Shown here piece after piece: positions 52,268-64,000 of a DNA stretch of 64,000 bases (within the stretch, counting starts at the first letter, position 1; the number at the start of each line of letters is the position of its first letter). The DNA comes from Takakia lepidozioides (taxonomy: Eukaryota; Plantae; Bryophyta): assembly GCA_030704615.1 (NCBI GenBank), contig CM060732.1, positions 63,302,001 through 63,366,000 of the forward strand, written 5' to 3'. The notes below the pieces were generated by a model that searched no databases, was not told the origin of the DNA, and worked only from the letters and a program-made list of their open reading frames with translations. Position numbers and translations under genes: made by a program.

Positions 52268-53402
52268 GCTATATACATTCAGATTCAGATTCGGAATCGA
52301 TGAAACTGGCAGGGCCCAACCCTAAGGAAAAAAAAGAGGATTGGCAGACGGATGGGGATCCTGGAAGAACAGTACACCTGGAGACAGATGAGCTTACTCA
52401 GCTGCTAGATGACGGCAATCTGTATGGGGAACTAAGGCATGAAGATGCTGGGGATGATCAAGATTACCAGCAAACACATAGTTGTTGGAAGTTTACCACG
52501 AGGATGGACACCAATGTGATGTTGAGGAAGAAAGAGCTTCAGAATCAGGCAGGGTAGATCTTCCTCCTAGAGGCAATCCTCACTGCCCTAGAGGTAAAAT
52601 ACTCCGAATTACTCTCGATTCTTTGTGTATGAAACCCTCTCTATTCTATAAATTACATGACTGGCATCAAGTGTGTATCATGAAGAGAGACTGTCTCCTC
52701 AATGGCGCATCTTCTGTGTCAATACCACTGATGCTTTTGTTTGTGAGCTTGTACAACGAGTATTTAATTGTTGTACTTATACTGTTACCAACTAGCTGTC
52801 ATGGATGCTCACCACAAACATTTTCCTAGTAATGAATTTTAGCTTCCTATGCACCTGCCTAAGTTGCTGATTCACCACAAGTTGTTCAAGTGTACATAGT
52901 GGTTCCTTCTATTGTTCTTGTGAACATAAACCTAGTTTATTTCCCTCATGTTCCAAAACTCCATGGCTTCATTGGGAGAGGAATCTGGCAGGTATTGAGG
53001 ATTTTCAACCAGATACTGCGGATGAAGATGTTGACACTGGGGATGGCAAGGATGAACCGATGGAGAATGAATTACCCGTTGTAGATTCAGATGCAACCAC
53101 GTGGCATCATATGAGGGGTTTGTTAAATGTATTTAACAGTCAGAACCACGACTATGCTTATAAGAACTCGTTGCCAGGTGTTTTATGGTCGATATGACAC
53201 GTGTCAATGCATGATTGAAGGTTGTTTAGTGATATTAAAGTGATATTGCTTACTACCTATAGTAGAACCCTAGTCATGCACACGTTTCTGTAATCTATAC
53301 TTCTATTGCTATAGTGATTCTACCTACTGCAGCTTACTACCTATACTAAAACAAATCAATGCTTCATTCACAGGCAAGAATCACAGAAAAGAACAAAGTG
53401 AG

Positions 53403-53645
53403 AAAGTGCAAAGGACATAACATAGGCACTTAAGATGTAAAAAGAGCTTGTCTTAAACAACTGCCAGTCAAATTTACAAAATAGCACAGGAGTCCCAAAA
53501 TCTAGCTCCTCAAACAACAGTTTGACAAAGTGCAAATGACACTATATAGGCACTGAAGATAGAAGCAGAGACAAGATATTGTCTTAAACAACTGTCACTC
53601 AGATTTACAAAATTGCAGTACAGTCCCAAAATCAGGCTCCTCAAA
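53403..53645. repeat. ~124-bp tandem duplication
   Basis: AAAGTGCAAA..ATAGGCACT..CTTAAACAACTG..ATTTACAAAAT..GTCCCAAAATC..GCTCCTCAAA occurs twice. Confidence 0.65.
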
Positions 53646-53799
53646 ACAGTCTAAGGGGGGCAGCATAACATACATGTTGCCCTCATGTTGCCCTCACAGT
53701 GGCTTTATTTAAAATTCACTCATTCTCTGAACGACATATGAACCTATGGATTTCCCTCTCCAGCCTTGCTCTGCCCTGCACTCTCTCTCCCTCTCTCTC

Positions 53800-56700
53800 T
53801 TGGCATGGATAGCTGAAGGAACAGGGGTGGACTAGTGTGGGTTCAGATTCGTCCGACAGAGCTGGATTTGAGGCACAAAGCTACGTAATATGTCGATTCG
53901 CTGCCCTGCCCCCGTTAATTAAACCGATGAGACATTTTAGCATAAAGATGAAAAAGCGTGGAAGCTTGTGGGCAGGTGCACGTTCACCTTATCCAAACTG
54001 GATTTAAGCCAAACATTTTTTTATGCAATGCCTGCCTCGTCAACATGTATGTTAAGTGCGGGAGCATCGCTGAATACTCACCAAATGCGGGAGCTCTCTG
54101 CTGGTGGCTGACTGGCTACTGCGGCGGCGGCAGCCTGCTTGCTCTAGCTCGTGAGCGACTTGCCAGCCACCCCCCCCCCCCCCCCCCCAAATAGTGAGCA
54201 CACCACTGACTACCCTCTCCCTGTCCTTGCCTCTCCCTCTCCCTGTCGCACCCTCCCTCTCCCTTTCTCTTGGCAGGAATAGCTGAAGGAGCAGGGATGG
54301 AATGTGGGTTCAGATTCATGCAAGAGGGTTTCATTTCAAGCACAAAACTACCTATGGTTCTTTGCCCTGCCCCCTATAAACCAAGGAAACAATTCAGCAG
54401 ATTCAGATACTTAGCTTTGTCTCTTGCATGAGTAGCTTGGAATCTGGTGGGCAAGTTAAGTGAAGGAGCATTGTTGCTGCGGCTTCCAGTTGACCATCTA
54501 CCCATGCAGGTTTCTTGTAGCTATCCTTCCATAGGGAATGATAGGTAATCTGGAGCTTGAAATCCGGCCCTCTTGGATGAATCTGGACCCACACTCTATG
54601 CCTGTTCCTTCAGCTATCCATGCCTCTGCACAAATCATGCATACATCTTGTCTTGTTGCTAGCAGCTAGCAATGACAGCCTAGAACTCTTCCAGCAAACA
54701 CCGCAACCATACTTATCACACGAGTTCCTATGCTGACTGGCGTCTGCTTCCAAGAGGCATTCACCTTTTTGCCTCGATTGTTCTACCATTGACTTGGGTC
54801 GGAAACGTGTTCATTTTAGAGCTTCTCCTTGTCTCTGTTATCTATTTTTCGATACTTTCCTATTGCCACATTGGTAGTAACATGTCAAAATCACTCCAAA
54901 ACCACCATAGATCCACCAACAAGCTAACTTGCATAATTCAATATGAAAATTTAGGGACGACTCTGATAACAGGGAAAACATGCTGAAATGTGTTGAAGAA
55001 GGTGCCTTTGTTAGCGGTGCCTGGTTCTATCAATTGTGCTGTTGCCGCTACTGTTTCCAGTTGACCATGGAGGTTTCTTGTAGCTATTGATCCACGGGGA
55101 ATCAGAAGTAATCTTGTGTTTGAAATCCGGCCCTCTTGGATGAATTTGGACCCACACTCTATCCCTGGTCCTTCAGCTATCCCTGCATGTGTACAAATCA
55201 GGCATACATCCTTGCCTTGGTGCTAGCAGCTGACACTGACGGTGTGGAGTTCTTCCAGAAAACACCCCAACCCTACTTACCACACTAGTTCCAAATCTGA
55301 ATGCACCTGCTTCTCTCTGTAATCCAATAGGCATTCACCTTTTCTGGAGCTGCCAGGCTTGCACATGCATTGCAAATACAAACAAACGTAATGTGGTTGG
55401 GCTTCACCCCATCCTGCATCTTTTGCTCATATGTCTCCAAAGCCTCCATCCTGCAACCCTGCTGTGCATGTCTTACGACCATTGCGTGCCACAACACCAC
55501 ATCACATTCAGCCATAATGTCAAACACCCCCTTTTCATATTCAATACTCCCACATTTGGCATACATATCCAGCAAGGCAGTGTTCCGAATGACATTTGGT
55601 ACAATTCCAGCTTTGACAATGTGACCATGGACCTCTTTGCCATTTTCCGGGGCTGTCAGGCTTGCACATGCATTGCGAACGCCAACAAAGGTGATCTGGT
55701 TGGGCTTCGCCCCTTCCTGCATCATTTGCTCATAGGTCTCCAAAGCCTCCATCCCACGACCTTGCTGTGCATATCCTACGATCATCGCGCTTCACGACAC
55801 CACATCACGTTCAGCCATTTTGTCAAACACTGCATTTGCATCTTCAATGCACCCAAATTTGGCAACATGTCCACCAGGGCAGTGTTCAGAATGACATCTG
55901 GTACAATTCAAGCTTTGACGATGTGAGCATGGACCTCTTTACCCTTTTCCAGGGCTGCCAGGCTCGCACACGCATTGCAAACACAAATGTCAAATGTGAT
56001 GCGGTCGGGCTTCACCCCTTCCAACATCATTTGCTCATAGGTCTCCAAAGCATTCCTACCACACCCATGCTTGGTAAATCCTCCCAACATTATATTCCAC
56101 GTGATCAAAGATCGTTGAGGGATTCTGTTGAACACTTGGTGAGCATAGATGGACACTAGGGGAATGTTCAGAATGACATCTGGTACAATTCCAGCTTTGA
56201 TAATGTCAACCATGAACCTCTTTGACCATTCCCAGGGCTGCTAGGCTTGCATATGCATATTATAAACACAAATGAACATGACCTGGTCTGGCTTCATCCC
56301 TTCCCACATCATTTGCTCTTAGGTTTCCAAAGCCTTAATCCCATACGCATGCTGCACATACCTTACAATCATGGCACTCCAAAACACCACATCTCGTTCA
56401 GCCATAATGTCGAACTCTCCCTTCGCATTAGGCTTGCTGCACCCACATTTGGCATACTGCATGTCCACCAGGTCAATGTTCAGAATGACATCTGGTACAA
56501 ATCCAGCTTTGATGATGTCACCATGGACCTCTTTCCCTCCAGAGCTCCCAAGCTTGCACACGCATTGCAAACACAAACAAACGTGATGTGGTTGGGCTTC
56601 ACCCCTTTGCGCGCAGTTGCTCATAGGTCTCCAAAGCATTCCTACCACACCCATGCTTGGTAACTCCTGCCAACATTATATTCCACGTGATCAAAGATCG

Positions 56701-57190
56701 TTGAGGCATTCTGTTGAACACTTGGTGAGCATCCATGATGCTCCCGCACTTGACATACATGGAGACAAGGGTGTTGAGTAGAAAAACATTTGGCGTGCAT
56801 CCACTTTGGATAATGTGAGTGAGCACCTGCTTTCCAGCGTCCAGACCTTCCATCTTGATGCACTTAAGCAAGGGACAGACATACGTACCTGAATCTGCTG
56901 AAATGCCTCATTGGCTCCCTCTCTTGATCCTCTTTCAGAAGTTGTGGTCATGGTTGCGGTGCCTGGTTTTATGAACTATGTCGCTGCAGCTGCAGCCTTT
57001 AGTTGGCCATCTACCCATGCAGGTTTCTTGTAGCTATTGATCCACAGGGAATCACATCTGGTACAATTCCAGCTTTGGCGATGCAACCATGCACCTCTTC
57101 GCCCTTTTCCAGGGCTGCCAGGCTTGCACACGTACTGCAAACGCACACAAACCTGTGGTCGGGCTTCACCCTTCCCCAATCATTTGCTCG
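53800..57190 (-). pseudogene. PLS-class PPR pseudogene cluster, mostly inverted relative to the 35-38 kb cluster
   Basis: ORFs 55285-55785, 55908-56213 and 56599-56871 encode PPR motifs nearly identical to those at 36-38 kb. Short + strand copies lie at 53800-54360. Confidence 0.85.
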
Positions 57191-58000
57191 TAGGCAGGAA
57201 TTTCATGTATGCAGGGGGGAGCATATTCAAGTGTAGCAGGTGGGTTTCAGGCCCCAAGTAGTGCTCTCCATTCGCCCCTTGTTGTGCCATTATCTCCATC
57301 CAATTCTCCAAGGGCATCTCCTATACAAGTCCTAAGTGGTCTATCAACTCCTATGTCACATACTGGTAGTGCCACAGGAGTGAAATTTACGTTGCAGAAC
57401 TCCAAAGTGGGTGAGGATGACCATCATCCATCCTGAACACAAATCATTGAAATCCATGAGTCAGTTTCAAAGGTCCAGCCTGTGCCCGTCGATGTCAAGG
57501 TCCAAGCAATACCTGATGTACAAGTACATTTAGAGGTCGAACAGTTGGAGAAGTTAGCGTGTTCTGCACTTATTCACAAGAACAATGCTAAAGAGACACA
57601 TAGCCCATATGATCTTGATATACCCCGAGGTGTTATCCCAAGACGTCCACCCACCCATGAGCCGCCAAGTAACACACTTCGAATTTCGGCAGATTTTTTA
57701 CGGGCCCAAAACTGTAAAATAATCGAAAGTAGTATAAGAAGAGAAGGTTTTCGAAGATATCCGCGCTCATGCTGGAAGCACTCCGCTCATAAGTACCAGT
57801 GTCCGCTCATGACTTGGAGCCCAAGCTCAAGGACCGCCAGGCCAGGTCATAGAAAAACTGAATTATGGGCAATAACGGCACTGAAATTACCCCAGAGGAA
57901 GGGACGCAAGCGGAATTAGGATCCGGGTTTGCAGACTTCGAAAACGCAATGGTGACCTATAACCGTGGAAGTACTATTGCAGAAGTGCAGGATGGTTGGG

Positions 58001-58300
58001 TATAACGGCGCCGTAATTGGGCAGAGGAAAAGAAATAGCCGGCTGAAGGCTCGGGAGTGAAGCCAATAACGGTGCCGAAATTGGGCTCCGCCAACCAAAT
58101 ACCCGGCTGAAGCCTCCGGAATGCAGCCAATAATGGCGCCGAAATTGGGCCCCGGAAACCAAATACCCAGCTGAAGCCACCGGAGTGCAGCCGATAACGA
58201 CGCCAAAATTGGGCTCCGGAAACAAAATTCTCGGCTGAAGCTTCCGCAGTCCATCCAATAACGGCGCCGAAATTGGGCTCCGGAGAGCAAATACCCGCCT
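58001..58300. repeat. 64-bp period subterminal tandem array
   Basis: ATAACGGCGCCGAAATTGGG-like cores at 58002, 58066, 58130, 58194 and 58258. Confidence 0.85.
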
Positions 58301-58363
58301 TACGGTGAGGGAGTTTTGCAAACTGTCCTGAAACTGGTGCGGATTTGTCTAATAAAAGCACCC

Positions 58364-59674
58364 ATGTCGGAGGAAATAGAAGTTCTGTTGCATACGACAT
58401 TGGCAGTGCAGCAATGATATATCCCTCTTCCGCCGGCCTCGCTCTGACCTGTCTCCCCAGACAATCCCGGAGCTGAAATGACCGGCCAACTGAGCTCGTC
58501 TGTGCAGTCGGATGTGGTGTCTGAAGTGGAGGTTGCTACTGCAAAGACTACACTCGTTTCTTCAGACAAACCTCAAGCTGATTTGATTGGCACAGAAATC
58601 GTTTCTGTCTCTCCTGACTGTCTGAGCATTGATTGGCCCAGTGCTAAGAGCCTGGCAGGAACAGAGAGCCCATTCCATGAGCCTGGATCTGAAGAGCAAG
58701 AGCTGGCACATCCTTCCTCTGCAAATGCTATGGATTTGCTACGGATGGTGTATGACTCTGTATCTGATACAATTCCTGAATCATCTACTCTCTCAATAGA
58801 TGTGGCTGCGAAGCCTCTGGTGTCGGAGCCTCCTGCAGCTTCATCACCATCCCCATCATCTGCTTTGGAGGCTTTCATACCTGCAGGACCAGTGGTGGAC
58901 ATTCCTTCCCAAGGGGATACCTCTCATCAAGTCACAGAGGGACTTGATCATTCCAACACCCAACAGCTTTCCTTGCATGTGGAGATGGAAGCAGATGTCA
59001 GTGAACGGCCTCAGGAAGTAGATGTTAATGGAGGGAATGGGGATGACAGGCAAGATCGTCGTCTATCTTCTCTATTGTGCCCATCTCCTCCCTGCTCTAT
59101 GTTCTTGATGTGTCGTGAGGCCATGTCGTGCCCGAATCACATCTATCGATGCCAGACGGGAGTCATTGTCCCGAAAGCAGACGACATCATTGTCTTCCTA
59201 GATGTTTACAGGGACGATCCTCGACTTGTCCAGCTGAGAGCAATGGAGTTTCTTCCAGGATTGCACGATTCTCCTGGACCCTGGTTGGGGAGCAGGTGGT
59301 TCCTGCGCATCATGGACCTGGACTTTCCGCTTGAGTGGGAACTGAACAGATTACGCACAACGTTGTTGTATCGCTGGAACTGTTGCGAGTAGACGTATGA
59401 TGAGTGCATAGGTGAAAACTTCACGCGTGGACGGACTGGCTCGGAAAGTGGGGACATTCTCTTCAGTTATGAGGATGAGGAGGAGGGGAACACAGGGCCC
59501 ACTGTGAAAATGTCCTTCTACAAAGAGGGCGCTATCGATAAACACGACATCCTCGTTAGTTTCAACCGGGCGACAGAAACCGCTGACATTTTGTTCAAAT
59601 ATCGACACCTGGTCACTCAGGAGGTCCTTGAGAGGCTAGTTCGAGTTCCTTCTTCTTGGGCGAGGGGACCATAG
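58364..59674 (+). pseudogene. Accessory ORF of the MULE-like element, function unknown, two in-frame stops
   Basis: One reading frame from ATG 58364 to TAG 59674, broken only by TGA at ~58415 and TAG at 59390. Ser/Pro/acidic N-terminal half and an apparently globular C-terminal half. Confidence 0.55.
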
Positions 59675-60333
59675 GTCTTGCATGCTAGAGTAGACATGTT
59701 TTGACTCGCTGACACTCATGGCACATACATTTTGCTTCAGAAATCAAGTAGCTTCCCTGTGCCATATGGGGAATATACATGCTTGGATAATCTTCTGTTA
59801 AGGTTTTTTGCAATTCACTGCCAGTATGTTGGGACGTGTCCTTTGTCGTATGGATTGATGTGTGCACAAGGTGCAGTATGCAAATGCTGGAATGTGCAGT
59901 AGGACCCTTCCCACTGGGACACAGAACTAGCAATCTTGTAAAGGCATCACATTTGCAGAACACTGACAATGTATTGGTAGCAAATCGGAGTCTTCTCATA
60001 AAGGTGGACGAAAACGCCAGGATGGGCTGCGAAATCACCACAAATTGAATGAAGAGCAGTAACAAGGAAGCACTATGCAGTATACAAACCAATAACGGCG
60101 CTGAAATATGCCACAATGCCCGTGTATCTCCACACAATGTATGCTTTCCTCGGATCAATTTATAGACATAACCAAAATAAAAAAAACATGCCCATGCCAT
60201 TCACGGCCAAAAACCACATTCTCATGTATTGCGGCACCGAAATGCACCTGGAGTATAATTCCTCACAAAAAAATAGGGTGCAAGAAGATGAATGTAATAT
60301 AATTGCCACTTTCTCCTTCCCGAATGTGGAATG

Positions 60334-63300
60334 TCAAGCAGTCCGACCTGTATCCTGCCGTAGGGCCTTGTGCAGCTCGTTGAAGCTCAGTGTTGGAGCA
60401 TGGATGAAGACGTCCACTGCGGATATGCAACTCATGTGCTTCAGAAAAATGTAATAAAGGTGTTTGCAGGGGACATATGTTGCATTCTTCGATTCCATAA
60501 CAAAGAAGTCCTCATTGTTGCAAGCTGGGTACTGAGAAACCGTGATTGCATACACGACACTGCGCGCAGCAGACCCGGCTGTTGACAATTGAAATATGCG
60601 CCATGCAGGGCATTGCAAGAGCGTTGGCCATCCTGGTGTCGTTCGCCTTTGTTGGTGGCCGCCGTCTTTTCAGTTTCTCCCACCGATGGGTGGGCCAAGC
60701 TGCGGGGTCACCCACCCGTATGCGGGGTGAAGAGCTTCTCGTGGGAGGAGGATGACGACTGGGAATTGGATTTCGTGGAACGTCTGTCCTCTCCACCAGT
60801 CGAAAGCACTTCCTAGAGCGTCTGCCTCCTCCAGGGTAAGATCTGTACCAGTTGCCACAGGCCAGACTGCTGGTGGTTCAGGCATGCTTTGTACACCATA
60901 TTTGGGCTTGCCAAACACACACTACATGATATCGTGTTTGCAGAACCAAAACTCCTTCAGTGTGGCCTCCACAAACTTTGCGCACAAAAATCTCCCTGTG
61001 AAGCAAGGGGCAGGCACACCGCCCTGCGGGCTCCTCCGAATCATCTCATTGCATCTCTGGTTGGTGTCCACACGAACAGCACAACATTTGCCACAAAATG
61101 ACGGACGGGTCCGTGCAATTCTCCACTGCGAGGCCGACACATCTCGCTCCACGATTGGAATGTTGTATTGGGTAACGATAATAGGAGTAGCATGCTCATC
61201 CTGGGCATGTTGTCCCAAGTTTGGCAGTGATTCCATGGATGCTGCAGGAGAGGGGGTACGAGTCCTGCTGGGAGGAGGCGTGGGTCGCAATATCGTTGCG
61301 CCCCGAGGTTGAGTGCGGATGTTCATATCTGATTTCCATGAATCGCCGTCGCCTCCGGGCATGTCCTCAATTCTTCTCTTCACCGCTCGGCTGCGGACAT
61401 CGCCCTCCAGGCAGTTCCCCCGACTGTGTAACGGGGTTGATCTTATTGTTTCCCGCAATGCAGCAGTCCATTTTTTGGGATCGGTCAAACGATGCGCCGC
61501 CCTCATCAGCATCTCCTGCCTGTCTGGTCCGATACCCCATTGCTTTCCTCCCAGAAACTGGTAGTAACGAGATTGTTGCATGATGGCCCTCACAATATCT
61601 TCTGTTGTTGCTGTCAACATGTCAACAAGATATGCCGCAGAGGTAGCATGCCAGGAAGAGTGCACCGATTCGGCCATGTTCGTCGTCGGCATATCCGTGT
61701 CATCCTCCAAGCTCATGTCCTGTTGAAGGAAATTAGAAATGTCACTCATTGTGGAGAATGTCGAAGCACAAAACAGAACAATTGTCAAGTACAGAAATGT
61801 GTTACCTGTCTCATGCAGTCTCCAAACTGGCGGAATCTATAGTGCCACCACGCAAGCCACATTTGCAGTTCTGGCTGATCTTTCACATCCACTGCCCCTG
61901 AAGACACCCACCAGACGCGTATGGTTGCAAACTCAGTCTCCGCCTTGTCGATGGAATTCGCATTTTTCCACGCAAGGCACATACTGATATGATCCTGCCG
62001 GTGGCGTGACCAAATCAACACCGCTCCCCGGTCCGCACGTTGACATCTTAAATATGAAGCATCTGTCCGTCTCTGAGCCTTGACCAGGAAAAAAGCTGCC
62101 CTGGATGAAGTCGTAGCCGCATGTGCGCTTCACTTCCAAGATGGAGTGCATGTCTGATCCTCTTCCGATTCGTTTCTTGCAGCCGACAATGTGGTTCCTG
62201 ACATTGGGGCTGCACACATGGGAGACAGCTTCCAACAGCTCCTTCATGTCCCCCTCGCCCAGCTTCTCTCTTGTGCTTCCGTCCTCCGACATTATTCTGC
62301 CAATTGCAATTCTATGTGCGGATGTGAGCTGTATCTGCTTTGGTTTTGCTCCCGGCCTCAACCTCACCTCCTCCTTGATAATATCGTGGGCTTGTTGAAA
62401 AGCAACTCTGCAATTGCCTCTGGCAACGAGGTGGTCATGCTTTCCGATGTGAATGCATGCTCTAGTGCACGTTGGGTTGACGGTCCCGACGTAGTACTGC
62501 TTGGCGTTGCACACTGCCATACACGTAGGGGTTGCATTGCAATGGGCACACTTGAACGTCCCTGCAAGAACTCTACCTTGAGGCCAAAATGGGGTCGACG
62601 AATTGCCAATCCAGTCTGTCTCATTCCGGGTGTCTTTGCTCGTGTAGTGGTAACATGTGCTCGAGAAACATTTAAGATGCCCAGCACACAGTACATATCT
62701 CACTCGAACTCCATCACCCAGGTTGGACGATGAAGTTTTGGTGACACACCAAGGGTGGCCGTCATGTTTCCTGTTCATTCCAGCCAGCATGCCGTCTGGG
62801 CCTGCGCCTGCCGGCACTGGAGGGAACTCGTAGATAGCATTTCCATCCACAACTTCAGGCAAAGTTTCCAAAGAATGGATTGGAGCTTTGTCGTAATCAA
62901 GCCTAAGAAGGTCACTGGAGCAAGAACCCGCTGTCTTCATCCTCCGCAATATGTCGATTACTGAGCGGACGGAAGTTGAGTCGGAGGGTGTGTGCTCATT
63001 GTTTGCCGACATCTGAACACTCCTAGTGACGGAGGACTTCGAAACATACGGTGGAAGGACCATACAGTCTTCATCGTCACTGGATAAGTCGTGGACGACT
63101 GTTTCCCTGTTTTCCTCGATTTCCCTTTTCACATGTTTGGGCTTCTCTGCTTATGAAGAGGTGCCCACATCCTTCATGGCAGACTTCACATCTTGCACGC
63201 CAGACCCTCTTGTGGAAGGAGGATCAACCAAGTTCCAGTGTGGGAACTCTTTAGGCACGATTTCACCAATTGCACTGTAGCGGATGGATTCAGAAGCTGG

Positions 63301-63531
63301 GAGCCGCCACTCTTTGCCCTTTCCAAAATCTGCATGCAGAATGATGGCACTTTCCAGAAAATTTCCATAAGCATCCTTCGTCTCCTCTTCCAAAAACACC
63401 GTTCCAGGGCGGAGCCCGAACTTCACACACAAGTACTGCTCAGTGACAATCGCAAATCCTTGGTCACAGGGTATTTTAGCTTTCAGAGAATTAGGATGGA
63501 AGTACACGTTTACCCAAACACGGGAGTCCAT
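60334..63531 (-). pseudogene. MULE-type transposase with GCM/WRKY-like zinc domain and C-terminal SWIM finger, catalytic core apparently deleted
   Basis: DGHPW..CAGHLKC..FKCAHC..CIHIGKHDH, MWLAWWHYRFRQF, an intron at ~61805-61720, PTTNMAESVHSSW, and YAITVSQYPAC..DF..VPCKHLYYIF. Stops at 63151 and 60922. Confidence 0.7.
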
Positions 63532-64000
63532 GTTGAAGACGACAACTCTCGGTACACTCCGCAGCGAAGTCCTACAATGAGAAGAGTGTGTCCTACATAA
63601 TACCACAATCATTTTCTGGAGGATTCTGTATCCAACAGGATGGGTGATCAGTGCACGTATGGATGGAGGTGTGTAACGTACGTTACAAATACGGACGACC
63701 ACAACAAATTCAGAGGTTTACTATTTCATGAGCGCATGAGCCCATGAGCCTATGAGCCTATGAGCTCATGAGCGGGCATCCGCGGAATTGGAATTTTCCT
63801 GCCTTTATTGACGGTATTATGTCCTCTTACCTCGGTAATAGGGTCTGTTTCTCCTGGTCCAGGATGCGGAATGAGGAATTTCGGCGCCGTTATTCCCAAG
63901 AGCAGTGTGCTAAAATGGTGTTTTGAAGACATCCACCGGGGTATTTCGGCACCGAAATTACCTCTTAAAATGTGATATAGTGCGGTATTTAAAGGCGCAG

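Larger units (their letters stand above)
57670..64000 (-). mobile_element. Mutator-like (MULE) DNA transposon, non-autonomous; left boundary approximate, right end probably beyond the window
   Basis: Transposase pseudogene on - and accessory ORF on +. The motifs AATAACGGCGCCGAAATT and CCGCTCAT/ATGAGCGG occur in inverted orientation at the two ends. Confidence 0.65.

Noticed and set aside
57916-58400. Three overlapping repetitive ORFs
   Set aside because: They result from the 64-bp tandem repeat cycling through reading frames.

Overview
Eukaryotic nuclear DNA, most likely from a non-seed land plant (inferred from PLS-type PPR fragments, a plastid LPA1-family gene and a KIF27/KIF7-like kinesin-4). 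The left half (1-34 kb) has Ran and PUR3 gene fragments, the 3' exons of an LPA1/DUF3493 gene, and a ~26-kb multi-exon kinesin gene on the minus strand whose introns are full of 5'-truncated LINEs with (TTTCA)n tails. The right half has two PPR pseudogene clusters in opposite orientation flanking a 12.35-kb decayed Ty3/Gypsy-type retrotransposon (39917-52267, TSD GCTA), and ends in a Mutator-like element. The retrotransposon is the standout. Its pol has a DNMT3-like C5-cytosine methyltransferase between protease and RT and a PHD finger after the integrase. Its terminal repeats are split (A...B-A-B), as if a 2-LTR circle had been integrated at an internal att-like junction. Its leader has a 9-unit hairpin array and a pair of covarying stem-loops but no canonical PBS. 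All calls are by eye from the sequence and the ORF track; no database search was run.
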